This document shows, one piece after another, positions 10,770 to 22,612 of a stretch of 35,594 nucleotides of DNA. Numbering within the stretch: the first letter of the stretch is position 1; the number at the start of each line of letters is the position of its first letter. The notes under the pieces are model-generated. The model searched no databases. It was not told the origin of the DNA and saw nothing but the letters and a program-made list of their open reading frames with translations. Source of the DNA: Cladosporium halotolerans. Taxonomy: Eukaryota. A program made the translations under genes and the position numbers. The stretch lies in contig NW_027191525.1 of NCBI RefSeq assembly GCF_011745625.1, forward strand, positions 1-35,594. Direction: 5' to 3'.

Positions 10770-12502
10770 CAGCTAATTGTCAGTGAGCACATTGCAGATG
10801 ATGTGTCAAGCTAAACCTGCGACGAGCCTTGGGGATCAAAGGCCAGGCAGGTCGCAATCTCTTGGGGCGTATCTTTTTAGACGGCTTCCTATCTTACATC
10901 TTTTCCTTGCATCATACTGTATCCAAGTAGTAATCGTACCCTGAGCTACATACATCTTGTCTTCCTCGGCTCATTCCACCAAACAAGCTCGAATTTCTCC
11001 TGTGTCGTGTAGCTGCTCGCCTGAGCTTTTGTCTCTCCTCAGGTCGTGCTCCTTGGTGTCTGCCTCTTTCCGTCTCGCCTTCGAGGTGGTGGACCGGTTT
11101 GTCGGATGCTGCGACTACAGGGTGTAGTACATGGGGCGGAGCCTTGCGCGTGATGCTCTGCGTGGATATCTGTGATCTAGAATTCTAGACCTGGACCTAA
11201 ATCTCGGAAGAGTATGTCACATTGAACCTTTGCGCAGACAAGCGAAATGAATAGTTGCGAGCGTCGACAAGTTCACGTGTAAAGAGCTTGACAACGAAGG
11301 CACAGTAGTCTAAATCGTACTGTATTCAAGCCATATAGCTTATGACACGTCGGCTATCTTCACGGCGACTTATATGGCTTCTACATGTGCTCTCGCGTTG
11401 GTCTTTTACCGTATAATCCTGCTCGCCGTCCCGCTTTCATCAAAGCGCCAAGGGTTTTGGGCTCTAGGCCCTCCTACTGGTTCTCGCGTGTGGCCGCAAC
11501 TACTGGCTCTCATCTCCTGCTCTCTCCCTCATTCTGATATCCTTCTCGTATTACAGGCTGGACGCCTCCAGTGCCGGAGGCGTACGCTGTCTTGTCCATG
11601 TTGTCTTCCCCTGGGGCTTGCCAGCCGAAGCTGAGATAAGTCACAGATTTGGATTCCTTGCTGTGCACCCCTTCGATTCTTTTGCAAGAGGTGGAAGGGG
11701 CTTGTTCTCACTTGCGCTGTCGCCTAGCGTCTGTAGTGCTTGCCTTTGTCCTCCAGCCGGTCGAGCCCATTGGGCGCTCGTGGCGCTCAAGCACTCAACA
11801 GCAGTTATCCACTCTTGTCTATTCGCGACACTCGAACAGGAGACGCGCCACGCATTGTCTGCTGCCGTTGCACTCGTCTTGGGTTATCTTTGTTCTCATC
11901 AGATTCACTGATGTGCTTCTTCAGTTTTGGTCTGTCGCCCCTTTGTTCTCACGCATTGTCGCACGTAAAAAAGCGATGCCGAGCGCATGTGTGGCGGCTG
12001 CTGCAGCCTCTGCCATCTTTGTCCCTTTAGTCGTCTTGTCGACAGGTAGTGTCGACAACGTAAGGCTGTGCCCTTGCGCTCTAAGCTGTTTTGCATAATT
12101 TGAGATCTGCTTCACTCGCGGTACGACCCATTCACAGTCGCCGTTCACCGTGTCGATGTCTTGTGAGCGCATATGGTCATGAGTGCTCACAAGTATTCAG
12201 TTGCAGTTGAGCAGTAAGTTTGAGGGCTTGAAGCTGTGATGTAGAGATCAGAATCATCAGAGTGCGGAGTGTTCATGAGTGAAGTACAGTCACTACTCCC
12301 GCTCATTCATGTGGTGCCCGAAACAGCTCCATGTCTGTCCAGGTCATCTTCGTGTGGGCTATGTTCTCCTGCCGGCATGGTGACAAGCGCGCGAAAGCGA
12401 TAAGCTGCGGACGGTGGTATCAGCGCGTCTCCCAGACATGTCGCCCAAGATTGCTCCTCGCGGTAGGTTGGTAGAGATTTGCAGCAGTTAAAGCTCGTCG
12501 CG

Positions 12503-13660
12503 CTAGTTTCGTTGAACCACCTGCTGCAGGTTCATCTGAAGACAATTGATTGCTGTAGTCGACGGCCTGCGCGGTGGTGTGCGAGTCCCTGGATCCGGCA
12601 ACTGAAGAATGCCAGGTATCGGATTGCATGTGGCATTCATCGAAGCGCCGACCATATTATTCGCATGGTAGAAGCTGTTGGAGCTAACACCTTGTGTCGT
12701 GGGATGCATATCATCGTAACGTGCAGCCAACTGAGGGCCAAGTCCGTAAAATGTCGCACAAGAGGTCTTCGAGCCATACTGCGGATATGTGGCAGCTAGG
12801 GTAGCGCTAGTGGTCGCCATGGGAGCGTATACCCCTGGGTACTGTGTATCGCCAATGTAATACCAAGGCTTGGTCCGTTGGTAACTGGGGACCATCGAGT
12901 GGATCATGGGACAGAGGGCATGGGTCTGCCCGTCGATTGCGTAGTGCTCGGTCTCTTCGATTGGAGCGCGGAAGTTCTGGTTACAAAGTAGCTCGGGTCT
13001 GATGGAGATGTACTGAAGACGCGGGTCCTGAAACGGTCGAGCAAGAACGTTGTACTTGACGTCGTCTACCTTGTAGTAGGAGACCATGTGATACACGACG
13101 CCATTGACCGAAACTGTCATGGTCTTCTTGACAAGACCATCGGCACGGAAGCCATAGCTATCGACCAGCGAGCCGATGAGAGAACGCTCGAGCTCCTTTC
13201 CTTGTTGATAGCCTGACAGACCAGGCTTCACCTCTATGCTGATAGGCGGCTCGGACGGAGTGACGTGCGCGGTCATCTCAACGTTCTGCTGACCGGTTAA
13301 ATCGCTGCGTTGGAAGCCCTCTGCACCGGTAGGGCTGTTGCGTTTACGCTTGGTGGCACGCTTCTTTGCGCCAGGAGGAAAAGGTTTGTCTAACTCGCGG
13401 TAGACGAGGAAATTGCCCAAGGTGCGGCTGGGGCTCCAAGCAACGCCGTCGGTCCATCGCTTGATACCACTTGTGTTCTCCTCGTAGATGAAGATGTTGC
13501 CGCTCTTGATCAGTTGGCTGCGCTCGCGGTCATGTGGACGTCGTGATACGTGATGAAGCGTACCGTTCAAGCAAGCTTCGAAGAGGACGAGGGCGTCCCC
13601 ACTGGACTGGACGAAGCCTTCGAAGGCAGGCTTCAGGTCTGCTGTTGCATGTGCGTTCAT
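12503..13660 (-). CDS. WOR1: Gti1/Pac2 (WOPR) family transcription factor, Wor1/Ryp1/Sge1-like, 385 aa, intronless
   Basis: WOPRa: PAFEGFV...DALVLFEACL...RRPHDRER..LIKSGNIFIYEE..SGIKRWTDGVAWSPSR.LGNFLVYREL. NLS: PPGAKKRATKRKR. WOPRb: SLVDSYGF..DGLVKKT....HMVSYY. The symbol indicates the subfamily; orthology is not established. Confidence 0.93.
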   Translation of the reverse strand: MNAHATADLKPAFEGFVQSSGDALVLFEACLNGTLHHVSRRPHDRERSQLIKSGNIFIYEENTSGIKRWTDGVAWSPSRTLGNFLVYRELDKPFPPGAKKRATKRKRNSPTGAEGFQRSDLTGQQNVEMTAHVTPSEPPISIEVKPGLSGYQQGKELERSLIGSLVDSYGFRADGLVKKTMTVSVNGVVYHMVSYYKVDDVKYNVLARPFQDPRLQYISIRPELLCNQNFRAPIEETEHYAIDGQTHALCPMIHSMVPSYQRTKPWYYIGDTQYPGVYAPMATTSATLAATYPQYGSKTSCATFYGLGPQLAARYDDMHPTTQGVSSNSFYHANNMVGASMNATCNPIPGILQLPDPGTRTPPRRPSTTAINCLQMNLQQVVQRN

Positions 13661-15480
13661 GGTTCCTTACCCGTTTGGTGTCTGCAGAGAGGCCAATCGA
13701 GGTTGGGCTGGAGGGTATGATGAGTGACAAAGATATTGTTCAGTCTTGAAATCGTAGCGTGCGCGTAGAAGTACTCTACGATGCTTTCTAGTCTAATCTC
13801 GCTTCGTCTCGATTTTCCGGAAAGGCGATGCCTCCAAGGCGCAGCATTGGAAGCGACAAGTCAGACGTGCACCAGGGTTGGGTTCCCTCCATCGCCAACC
13901 CTCCCAAACGTCTTTCCACGAGTCAGACACATTATCTCAGTGGGTACCATCCTCGGTAACACCTCACTGTCCCGATTTATAGCGTCCATTGTGTATCTTC
14001 ACGAAAGACAGCCCACATCATGCATGTATTTGACTTACTCGATCCACACGTCGCCGGCATTGAGTGTTGTGTGAGATGCAATCTCGGAGAACGTACCCCG
14101 ATCTTATTGCACATGGACTGCGGCGTCTCCCCCCATCTTCGCATCCTCGCCAGCCTCCTTCAGTCTGATCTCGTTTCGGCCCAGCTTTCTAGGGAGGCAG
14201 TGACCTCGCAGTCATTCGAGTTTCGGGATCGATGGCCCGAAATAGCCATGTTCAGCAGATGGCCATGCTAACTTACTCACATTGCTAAGGCTGAAGACAG
14301 AGTAAAGGGTGAGACCACTCGCCGCACACCACCCCCGGCCACATTTGTGACAAGTCCAGTATATTTCAGGGATGCTAGTGCATCGGCAGGACACACGGCC
14401 AATCCCGCTCTCCTGAGGGTTGACACGGCATGCGATGAGTTCATTGTCGCTTGCGTCACACTACTCTTGTGCGCGTAGTAGCCTACCAATATTCCTCAAC
14501 GAAGAGTTGATGGCACGAATGACGCAGCCGAATCAGGTCGCTTTGATAGTTCAGAGCGCTCAATAATCGCGTCAGTAGTATGAGCGAGCAGTTGGGTCCT
14601 GTGGAGTTGTAGCAAACCGCCTTATAAGGGTGAACCCGTCACCGGTGCCCATCATTTTTATATCAACCTTTGTTGCAATCTATCGCAAAGCACGCACAGA
14701 TATGTCGCATTTCAAACATTCTCGAAGCTGGTCTGCGCTGCAGTGGCCATGTGTATGTAGTGGATGAGCCATGTGAGTGACCCAAGACAAGTGGGTGAAT
14801 AAATCATCTGACAGAATGTAGGCAGCCACTACGATGAAAAGCAGGAGTTTTGTGGAGATGTCTATCTGGAGTACTTGAGAAAACAGCAGAATGAAGAGTA
14901 CAAGCCTCTTTCAATCTTCCATCCAAGCCAACAGAGTCAGACTGACGAAGACGTAGAGGAGAAATCGACCCACCGTGTTGTAAGCTTGTCACAGCGACGA
15001 GAATGATGGCCGGAAACTAACGTCCCTAGCATTTTGCCAACTCCGCAAACGAGAAGCATTCGATTGTTATGCAGCTAAGCTCATATTCATAAAGGCAGCT
15101 GCTGGCTGCGGAACATCAACCGAAGAGCAAGACCGTCTGACAAGGTACTGGCAGCACGCGATTCAGGGCCAACTGGCTTGGGAGTCCACAGTTGTTTTGA
15201 AGAAGGGCCAGAGCAAGAGGGAGATAGGCCGGTGCCTGGACATCTCAGAGGGGGAACACCAGAGAGCTTGCTTGAGAGCCATCTTTGCTTCATCTAGACA
15301 AGCATGAACCCTTCCGGTCCTCGCACTTCGTACTTCGTGTCCAAGATCAGTGTTGCTCCCAACAGCGTGCCTTCCGTCGATTTCCGAAACCAGCGACCCT
15401 GACCAAGATTATCAGTAGCTCCCAGTCAGATGCGCAGGCGAACGAGATTGATGAATGCACGGTGGGCAGTGTGAATCGGA

Positions 15481-15786
15481 TTACGAAGTATGTTCGCAGT
15501 CCCTTGCGCCGGGCTGCGCGACCCATGTGTCGAGTGGGACCGGCTCAGTCCCAGTGGCCATCGATGAGACAAACGCTTGAGATGCTACCGGAGCGATAGG
15601 CGGGTCATTCGTCCAATGCTGGAAAGCGCCATAGTTGGGTGGAGATCCAGGAGCTGATTGCGGTAACTTTGGCATAGCATCGTCAACGATTTCTATGAAG
15701 TCTTTGAGCATCCCAGCGAATACCCTCCTAGGGAAGACCCTGTAAGTCGTCTTAACATTCCTGGCCTTTGGGTCACGATATTCCAT
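15481..15786 (-). CDS. Possible small hypothetical protein or gene fragment
   Basis: ATG-initiated ORF (MEYRDPKARNVKTTYRVF...) with protein-like composition; no family recognised and the structure is uncertain. Confidence 0.22.
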   Translation of the reverse strand: MEYRDPKARNVKTTYRVFPRRVFAGMLKDFIEIVDDAMPKLPQSAPGSPPNYGAFQHWTNDPPIAPVASQAFVSSMATGTEPVPLDTWVAQPGARDCEHTS

Positions 15787-15993
15787 GACCAAGTTGGAAA
15801 GGTCTCGCTCCGGCTCAGCTCTTCAAAGAAACAGTGCCTTCATCCCAGGCCGGATAAACGGGTATCAGGTAGAGTATCTATAGATCTCCCCTCCCAAAAA
15901 AGGAACGACAGGAGATAACCACCCCAATGGCAAATCTCTCGTCGATATTCCTTTTCCAATGAAGGAATGCCTCTTCACAACAATTAAAATTGA

Positions 15994-17784
15994 CTACGAA
16001 GCCGCTTTGCCCGGCAAGGGCTCGCTAGCCACTCTTTGAGCGCTCAGTTCAAGTTGAGTTGAATCCTTTTCCGCAGCAGCATCTTTCTTATGTAATTTGC
16101 GCAGATTGTTCGCCGAACTCACACTACGCATGTCTGGGCGGCCGTCCTTGCGCATCAGGATCCCGTCCGAGTTGCGGATAGGCTTTGTGCGGGTCGTTTT
16201 ATTCACAGAGTCGAGGTCGTTAACCATACTGTAAAGATGGACATTAGAGGCTACAGGCGTCGCACTGAATTCGTGTTCTTGTCCGGCGGGATACGGCCTG
16301 CTGTGCGGCGGCATTCTGGTATGCACGGAAAGGTCTGCAGGCGACGGTCGTGCAGCATCAATCCGAAGATAGGCATGCTGTCCAGGGTAGTGTCCATTTG
16401 TGGTGGCCTGCTGAGCCGCTGCCAACTGATGCTCTCTCCATTCAGGTAAGACCTGTTTGTGTACGTGCTCTTGCGTTGCCGCTTCTGACGCGGGCGGAGG
16501 GATAGTTGTAGGGCCCGAACTGCCTCTACCGCCTCGGCCTCGGCCTCCACGACAATCACCACGGTTACCGTGTCCTCGTCCACGACCTGTCGCACCCGTG
16601 GTACTGTGCTCGAATAGAGCGCCAACAGCTGGATCACCATTCGTCGCACACCAACTCTCTTGGCTATCAGGCTGTCCAGTAGACGTTATGAAGCGATGCG
16701 AATTGGTGGCTCCTTGACCTGGTGCTGGGTGAGTGTGTGGCTGGATGGGGTTCTCTCCAGAAGGCACCCGGCCACGTGCTTGACGCGCTGGATTCACCTG
16801 GGCTTGTTGCACATATGGACACTGGTGGTAGTCATCGTCAAAGCTGGACCTGGGCTTCAGAGGTGGCAAGGTTGCTAGCTTTGGTCTCTTAGGCAATCCG
16901 TGCCGGTCTGAGTCGTGCTGAGGCTGATGTTCATCAAGAGGGCGTTTGGAGGCTTGGGTGAGATTAACAGCAGCCCATCCGCCTGCTTGAGATTCTGATT
17001 CTGGAGGGTGCGATCGCAAAGGGTCGTTAGAAGATGGTGGAGGTGGTCGTCCAGACGGTGGGTATGACTCTGCAGGACGCCAGCCACACAAGGCAGCAGG
17101 AGGAGGAAGATGTAGTTCAACGGCACGGAAACCAGCCTGGCGAGAAGCTTGCTGTACTTGCCCACTGGCACTAAGCTGGCGCTCTTGGCCGCGATGGAAA
17201 CCGGGCGTGGGTCGGGACTCGAGGACTGGAGCTGGCGGATGACCATGCTCGAAAGGCAGTGCAGCGCCTGGACGCATGGTAGGCATTGGGTGACTCGGAG
17301 CTTGCTGCTTCTGCTGTGCGCGCATGGCCTCGTAGTGTTGTTGTTCCGCACGCGAAGCTGCGCCACTAAGCAGAGGACCGGGGGCGTTGTTCGCGATCTG
17401 AGTTTCGAGACGCTTCAGGTGTTGTTTCGTGAGCTGGATCTTAGTCTCGAGGTTGTCGACCCAATTGACTTTGGTAGTAACGTTGGCTATTGGGTTGGCC
17501 AGGACTTTGACGTCGGTCGGTTCGTAAAGACTCTGGTCCATCGCTCGGGGAAGAAACCAGCCCAGACGAAGGTCGTCGCGCATGCGTTTCATGAAGGCGA
17601 CGACGACCTCTATGTCACGCTGCAGTCGGCCAACGGTCTCATTGATATGCCGGAATTCCTGGCGGTGGCCCTGGATAATGTTGTAATTGAACGAGACCTG
17701 CTGTTCGAGGCGGGCAATGGCGGCAACCATATCAGCCTCCTTATAGCGTGGAGGCTGGGCATGCTGGTCGTCCGGTGCAACCAT
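15994..17784 (-). CDS. Fungal hypothetical protein (~596 aa): N-terminal coiled coil, Q/P-rich middle, RGG tract, C-terminal RKDGRPDMRS motif
   Basis: Long ORF, likely start MVAPDD at 17784. It has heptad segments (IARLEQQV..., LETKIQLTKQHLKRLETQI), basic PKRPKL, RGGRGRGGRG, and TRTKPIRNSDGILMRKDGRPDMRSVSSANNLRKLH, which I recall from uncharacterised ascomycete proteins (unverified). Confidence 0.75.
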   Translation of the reverse strand: MVAPDDQHAQPPRYKEADMVAAIARLEQQVSFNYNIIQGHRQEFRHINETVGRLQRDIEVVVAFMKRMRDDLRLGWFLPRAMDQSLYEPTDVKVLANPIANVTTKVNWVDNLETKIQLTKQHLKRLETQIANNAPGPLLSGAASRAEQQHYEAMRAQQKQQAPSHPMPTMRPGAALPFEHGHPPAPVLESRPTPGFHRGQERQLSASGQVQQASRQAGFRAVELHLPPPAALCGWRPAESYPPSGRPPPPSSNDPLRSHPPESESQAGGWAAVNLTQASKRPLDEHQPQHDSDRHGLPKRPKLATLPPLKPRSSFDDDYHQCPYVQQAQVNPARQARGRVPSGENPIQPHTHPAPGQGATNSHRFITSTGQPDSQESWCATNGDPAVGALFEHSTTGATGRGRGHGNRGDCRGGRGRGGRGSSGPTTIPPPASEAATQEHVHKQVLPEWREHQLAAAQQATTNGHYPGQHAYLRIDAARPSPADLSVHTRMPPHSRPYPAGQEHEFSATPVASNVHLYSMVNDLDSVNKTTRTKPIRNSDGILMRKDGRPDMRSVSSANNLRKLHKKDAAAEKDSTQLELSAQRVASEPLPGKAAS

Positions 17785-18691
17785 GGGGGAGACTCGCGAG
17801 TGCTCGTGAAAGAGGCAAGCCCGTACACGAGGGCACCACTGTACTTCTATCCGAATCCAAGGGGTTGGCCGGGCAATAGATGATTGGAGTGTGTACCACG
17901 TTAACAAGCTGGGCAGTCTATGAAGACGAGGAAATTGCAGGGTCGTTCCGATGGCATGCGCGGGTGGAAGACTGTTCACACGCCAGATGATCCAGAGGTG
18001 TTGCTCCGGGGGCATGCGCAATCGAAGGCCGCAATCCCTAAGCGACCATCCGCGCGCAGCACCCCAGTTGGCGCCTTTTGCGCTCTGTTACTGGACGACT
18101 TGAGGTGTGCCGGGCGGTTTGAGAGGGTTGGGCAGGGGTGAGCGGCTCTGAGTGGTGGTTCGCGTGGCTTGCACAACGACAGCGCGGACGAGCAGCCTCG
18201 AAGCGTCATCTCACCGGTTGGGGTGCACAGTCGCCGCTCCCCCAGAAAGTCACCATGTTCTTCAAGTCATCCACACATGGGCTGGGTGTCCTGTGAGCGC
18301 ATGGTCATGAGCGCTCTCGAGGAAAAGGTGATGCGGACGGTGTCATCGGTGAGTCTCCTGGACGAGTCGCCCAGGCTCGTCATCACAGTGACTTTGATGA
18401 GAATTTCAGTAGCTCGAGCTTGTCGTGTCAGTTTTAATGCTCGCCTCAAATTGTTCACCCGTACCACATGCTCACCAAAACTGTATATATCATTGATGCA
18501 GCGCACATTGTCCCGACGTTTGTCGTAGACGTGGGGACAAGCGAGCCGATGACGTGTATCTTGGCACCCCCACCCTCATTCCCAATTCCGCTGTGCATAG
18601 CCAGCTGTCACCCCTCTTCATCATCAGAATCTGAAACCACACGGACCATATCGACATAACACTGCTAAGCGCCCATCGATCTGAGGCGACC

Positions 18692-19201
18692 ATGGCCGAT
18701 GATCCTGCGGCTCGAGACATCGCCGCTACGTCTGACACATTTCGCGAACTCGCTAAATCCGCTGGCGAAACACTCAATGACGCCACGCGAAAGGGCATTA
18801 CATCTACCGACAAAGCCCGCGGCTTCCGCCTAGTCGACATTAAGCAGCACCAGGAAACGTTACAAAATGCCATAGGGCATTTCGAGCTGAAGGTGCGTAA
18901 CAATCGACTCCATAGTGCAGACAAGGAGGATCACGTAGCTTACCGACCCTTGCAGGAGTTCCCGCGGTTACACCCTGGCAAGAGTATCCGCTGGCACAAA
19001 TCGATACATATTATAATCCAGTATGTAAAGATTGGTGAGAGTACCTTTGGCGAGGCAGAAGAGGAGCTCTTGCTGCTGCCACTCTACGTTGGAAGAGCAG
19101 AAGACCAAGACAAGATCGGTCAACCCTCGAGTCCAAGAGCGAGTTTTCAACTATTTGAAGGCGATATACTGCTCTTTTATAAGATTGTGGCGGCGCCATG
19201 A
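18692..19201 (+). CDS. Hypothetical protein, 169 aa
   Basis: ATG in good context (ACCATGG); helical N-half and beta-rich C-half; no family recognised. Confidence 0.55.
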   Translation: MADDPAARDIAATSDTFRELAKSAGETLNDATRKGITSTDKARGFRLVDIKQHQETLQNAIGHFELKVRNNRLHSADKEDHVAYRPLQEFPRLHPGKSIRWHKSIHIIIQYVKIGESTFGEAEEELLLLPLYVGRAEDQDKIGQPSSPRASFQLFEGDILLFYKIVAAP

Positions 19202-19211
19202 GTACTAAGTT

Positions 19212-21033
19212 TCAACCTTCAAAACATTCGATGAAATCGTTATCTGCATAAAGAGTACCAAGCCATTCGTCGGTCAAGAATTGGCTAGTATTGACAAACT
19301 CATCATAACCAAGAGGAACGACCGAGGCACCATTGAAATGCGGCCCCGGGGCCATCACGACGTTCGGCCTCCAAGAATTTACCTCTTCGTGTCGCTGGGA
19401 CCCGAAACTTGGTCTCAACCCAGCCTGTTGAGTCGTCCCCATGAGGTTTTGCCCACTAATAGCGGCATCTGTGGTTACCACTTCTTGCGGCCATTGGGAT
19501 GAGAGATTTTTACCGTACATTTGGAGGTTCGTCCCGTACGTTTCTTGAGCCGCTGATGTCAAGACCGTGGGGTTCTGCCAATCGTCATTTCGTAATTCGC
19601 CCGCATCAGCAGTCGGACCAACGTCTAGCCTACTCCCCTGCGAGTCGAGACCATCTTGTACCCAATGCTGGCGAGCGGCTGCTGCCAATATGTCCATACC
19701 TGTACTTCCAGGACTTGACGTGGATGGCAAATCCGAGTTTGTGGCAGTGGTGACCGCCGTCCCGAGCGACCGGTCAGTACCTTGCTTCCATTCTGTGCGA
19801 TATAGCTCTGCTAGGGTGCTTCTTGTGCCATTCTGGAGCAACGTCTCATCACCTTTGTAGATCCGTACTGCCTTGACCAGGAGACATCTCACAGTGTCAT
19901 GCAGTTCGCCAACTTGGAGTGCGAGGGATGACAAGTGTATCTCGCAGAAAGCCCACAGATCTTTGGCGTGTTCGATCGGAAGTCGACGTTCAAATCTGTG
20001 ATGTGATTATCAGTTTCAGTCTAAACGCTTCTTATGGTTCAGGAGGCAGACTAACACATCTCTGTGACTCGGCCCTGGCATCACCAGACCGCCGAGTCCC
20101 CATGCTCTGATAAAATTTGTCCACGCGTATGCGTTGTTGTGAACCCCTCTGGCGCTTTTGAACGACAGACCAGTCCGTTTTGCGGATTCACCGCCCCATC
20201 TCCTTTCCTCTTCCCTTTCTTGTTTTCCTTTCCTCTTGGTGACCTGAATGAGGTTTTCCTTACACTCGTGATAGATAAGTAGGGCTGTGAACCTTCTCTT
20301 GACGTCGTTAAGATGGACCGATGATGATATACTTTCATGAAATATAGTGACCCGTTGCAACGGCGAATTGTCTTCGGGAGGCTGATGAATGCCGACCGGC
20401 TCTTTCAGATCCCAAAGATTGCCGATGCCTTTGTCGCGGATGTATTCATATCCTTCTTGCAGAGCGACAAGTGCTTTTTGCGCAACTTTCCAGTTCAAGG
20501 GGCGCTTCAAAGGTTCACCTTGCTCGCTTGCCTTCCTTCGCCGTTCTATGAAGAACGCCACAGCTTTTTGTCGCAGCTTGCCAAATTCTTCATCCGATGC
20601 CTCGTCTGTTTCGTCAATGAGACTTTGTTTTGGTGTTGCACCTTGGCCTTTCTCCGGTTCTCGTTCCGCTGCCTCGTTTTGTTCCTGATTTGGGGCTTCA
20701 TCTGGTCTGTCTTCACGCCCCTGATCTCTTGTTTCGTCTGGGTCCTGCGGTTCCTCTGTCCGTCTACGTTTGCGGGGATCACTGCACTGGTCGGTGCCGC
20801 CATTCACATCGATCCTTGTGACCCAACGGGAAAGGATCCGTTCCTGTGTGATATTGTCACGTGTGCCAATATAGTGCTGTATCGCAGCCTCAAGTTCCTG
20901 TCTCATCTATTAGCCACGCGCAGACCGAAGAATACAGGGTAACGCAAACCGGAGACCCCGACGACAATTCCGCATGGCGTAGATATTCCACCACGATAGT
21001 CTCTGTGTTTGCATCGGGAAACATGTTTGCCAT
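19212..21033 (-). CDS. Hypothetical nuclear protein, ~569 aa; exons 21033-20950, 20897-20056, 19995-19212
   Basis: Introns 20949-20898 (GTTTGC..GCTAAT..CAG) and 20055-19996 (GTTAGT..CTGAT..CAG) join three track ORFs in frame. It has an NLS-like PRKRRR, an acidic linker, a helical domain and a low-complexity tail containing MDILAAAA. Confidence 0.72.
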
Positions 21034-22290
21034 CACATAGCAAAGAAGAGGAGGATGCGGAAAGTAGGATGAGCTTGCCACATCATCGGCCAAGATTCCA
21101 TGAGCCGGTGAATCTTGGCGCTGCTCTGTGACGCAGGAGACGGATGATACGCAAGCGAGCGATCATGCGAGCGGTACATCCCTTGGCTAGGCGAGCTTTG
21201 ATCACACCGGGGAAGTCGTCCCTCGGCGCCCCCGCGTCAATACAATGCATGATCAGTTTTCCTGTTATTGCAGGAAGGCGTTCTCGCTCATCACATAAGG
21301 CCAATTAATGCTGGATGAGCCTCAGCAGTAAAGTCATGGATCGCGCGCAGTTTACTTGACAATCTCCGTTCGAAGAGGATTCGGCTCGAAGAGGATTTGC
21401 AGCATTACGATGATCGATAGTGCTTATAGACATTGAGTTTCGCTGGTGGGCTTCGTTGCTTGAGCAGGGAAAGCGGCTACGGCACCCGCCTTGGACGGAT
21501 GAATAAACATCAATGAACGATCGCACCTTGGAGAAGTCTGCGACTGCTTTGCCTTCCAGCACCGCAATATTACCGGAGCTGTGCGCAGCAATCGTCCGTT
21601 CTCTGACCCAAGCCACCGCCGAACTCAAGTCCCTGCTGTTGCGGTAGCACTATCTTCGCTTGCCGGACGCTGTCCGTCCACTCTTGGCGAGCCCTGAAGG
21701 ATGGAGATAGGCTCAAAGCATACCACAATGGGCAATGACAGTGAGACATCAACACTATACACACATCATAATTTCGATTCGAGGAGTGCTTGTAGCATCG
21801 CAGCGGTTGATATTGCCCTAAAGCATGGATTCGGCGCAGTTCAACGATATCTCTGGAGGGCTTGCCTGCTTCACGAGTGGCATATGTGAGATGGGCGAGT
21901 TCGCAGCGATCGTCCGATCTAGCAGTCAATGGGCGCAAGTTCCTTACGTTGCAGCATGACCACCGTTGTCTACCACATACAGCCGCTCAACTCTCAACAC
22001 AAGCAAGCCCTGACGATAACCCCAAACCATACTTCAACAGGTGATCACAGTGAGACGGCACTACTGCATACACATCACACTCTCGGTTCGAGGGTGGCTG
22101 TAGGATCATAGAGATCGATAGTGCTTGGAAGCAGGATAGTTGCCAGGAGTGTCAAGAATGATAATACAGACGGGCGAGCACGACAAATGTGAGGGTCTCC
22201 ACACGCCATGGGCCGCCCTGACAACGCACGCATCTTTCACCGGAGCTCCCCTTTACGATACCTTACCCGGAAGGCAAACAGATCGCCGTG

Positions 22291-22322
22291 GCGACACCTG
22301 ACGACGCGACACCTGACGACGC
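22291..22322. repeat. 15-bp tandem duplication GCGACACCTGACGAC x2
   Basis: Read directly from the sequence. Confidence 0.85.
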
Positions 22323-22612
22323 TCGAGCGTGGCCGTAGGTTTCACAGCTCGGGGACTCGGGATCATTTAAATGCGCGGACACGTCAGCCCGTGAGTCTGG
22401 CCTAACGTCTTGCGAACCTCACACGTCAGACGGCAGCGATACGTCAAGCACTCAACCCATTCGATCACACGCCAAGGCCAAACGACGGCCAAATGGCAAA
22501 AGGGTTGGTGGGAGGTCTGGACAGATATGGAAGACGAGGCGCTTGGAGCGGTAAGTCTTGTGTGAGAGTCACGATCATGGGCGTGTGCTGACGAATGGGC
22601 AGAAGCAGTGCA

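Noticed and set aside
11176..11189. 14-bp perfect palindrome TCTAGAATTCTAGA
   Set aside because: One or two palindromes of this length are expected by chance in 35 kb, and there is no supporting context.
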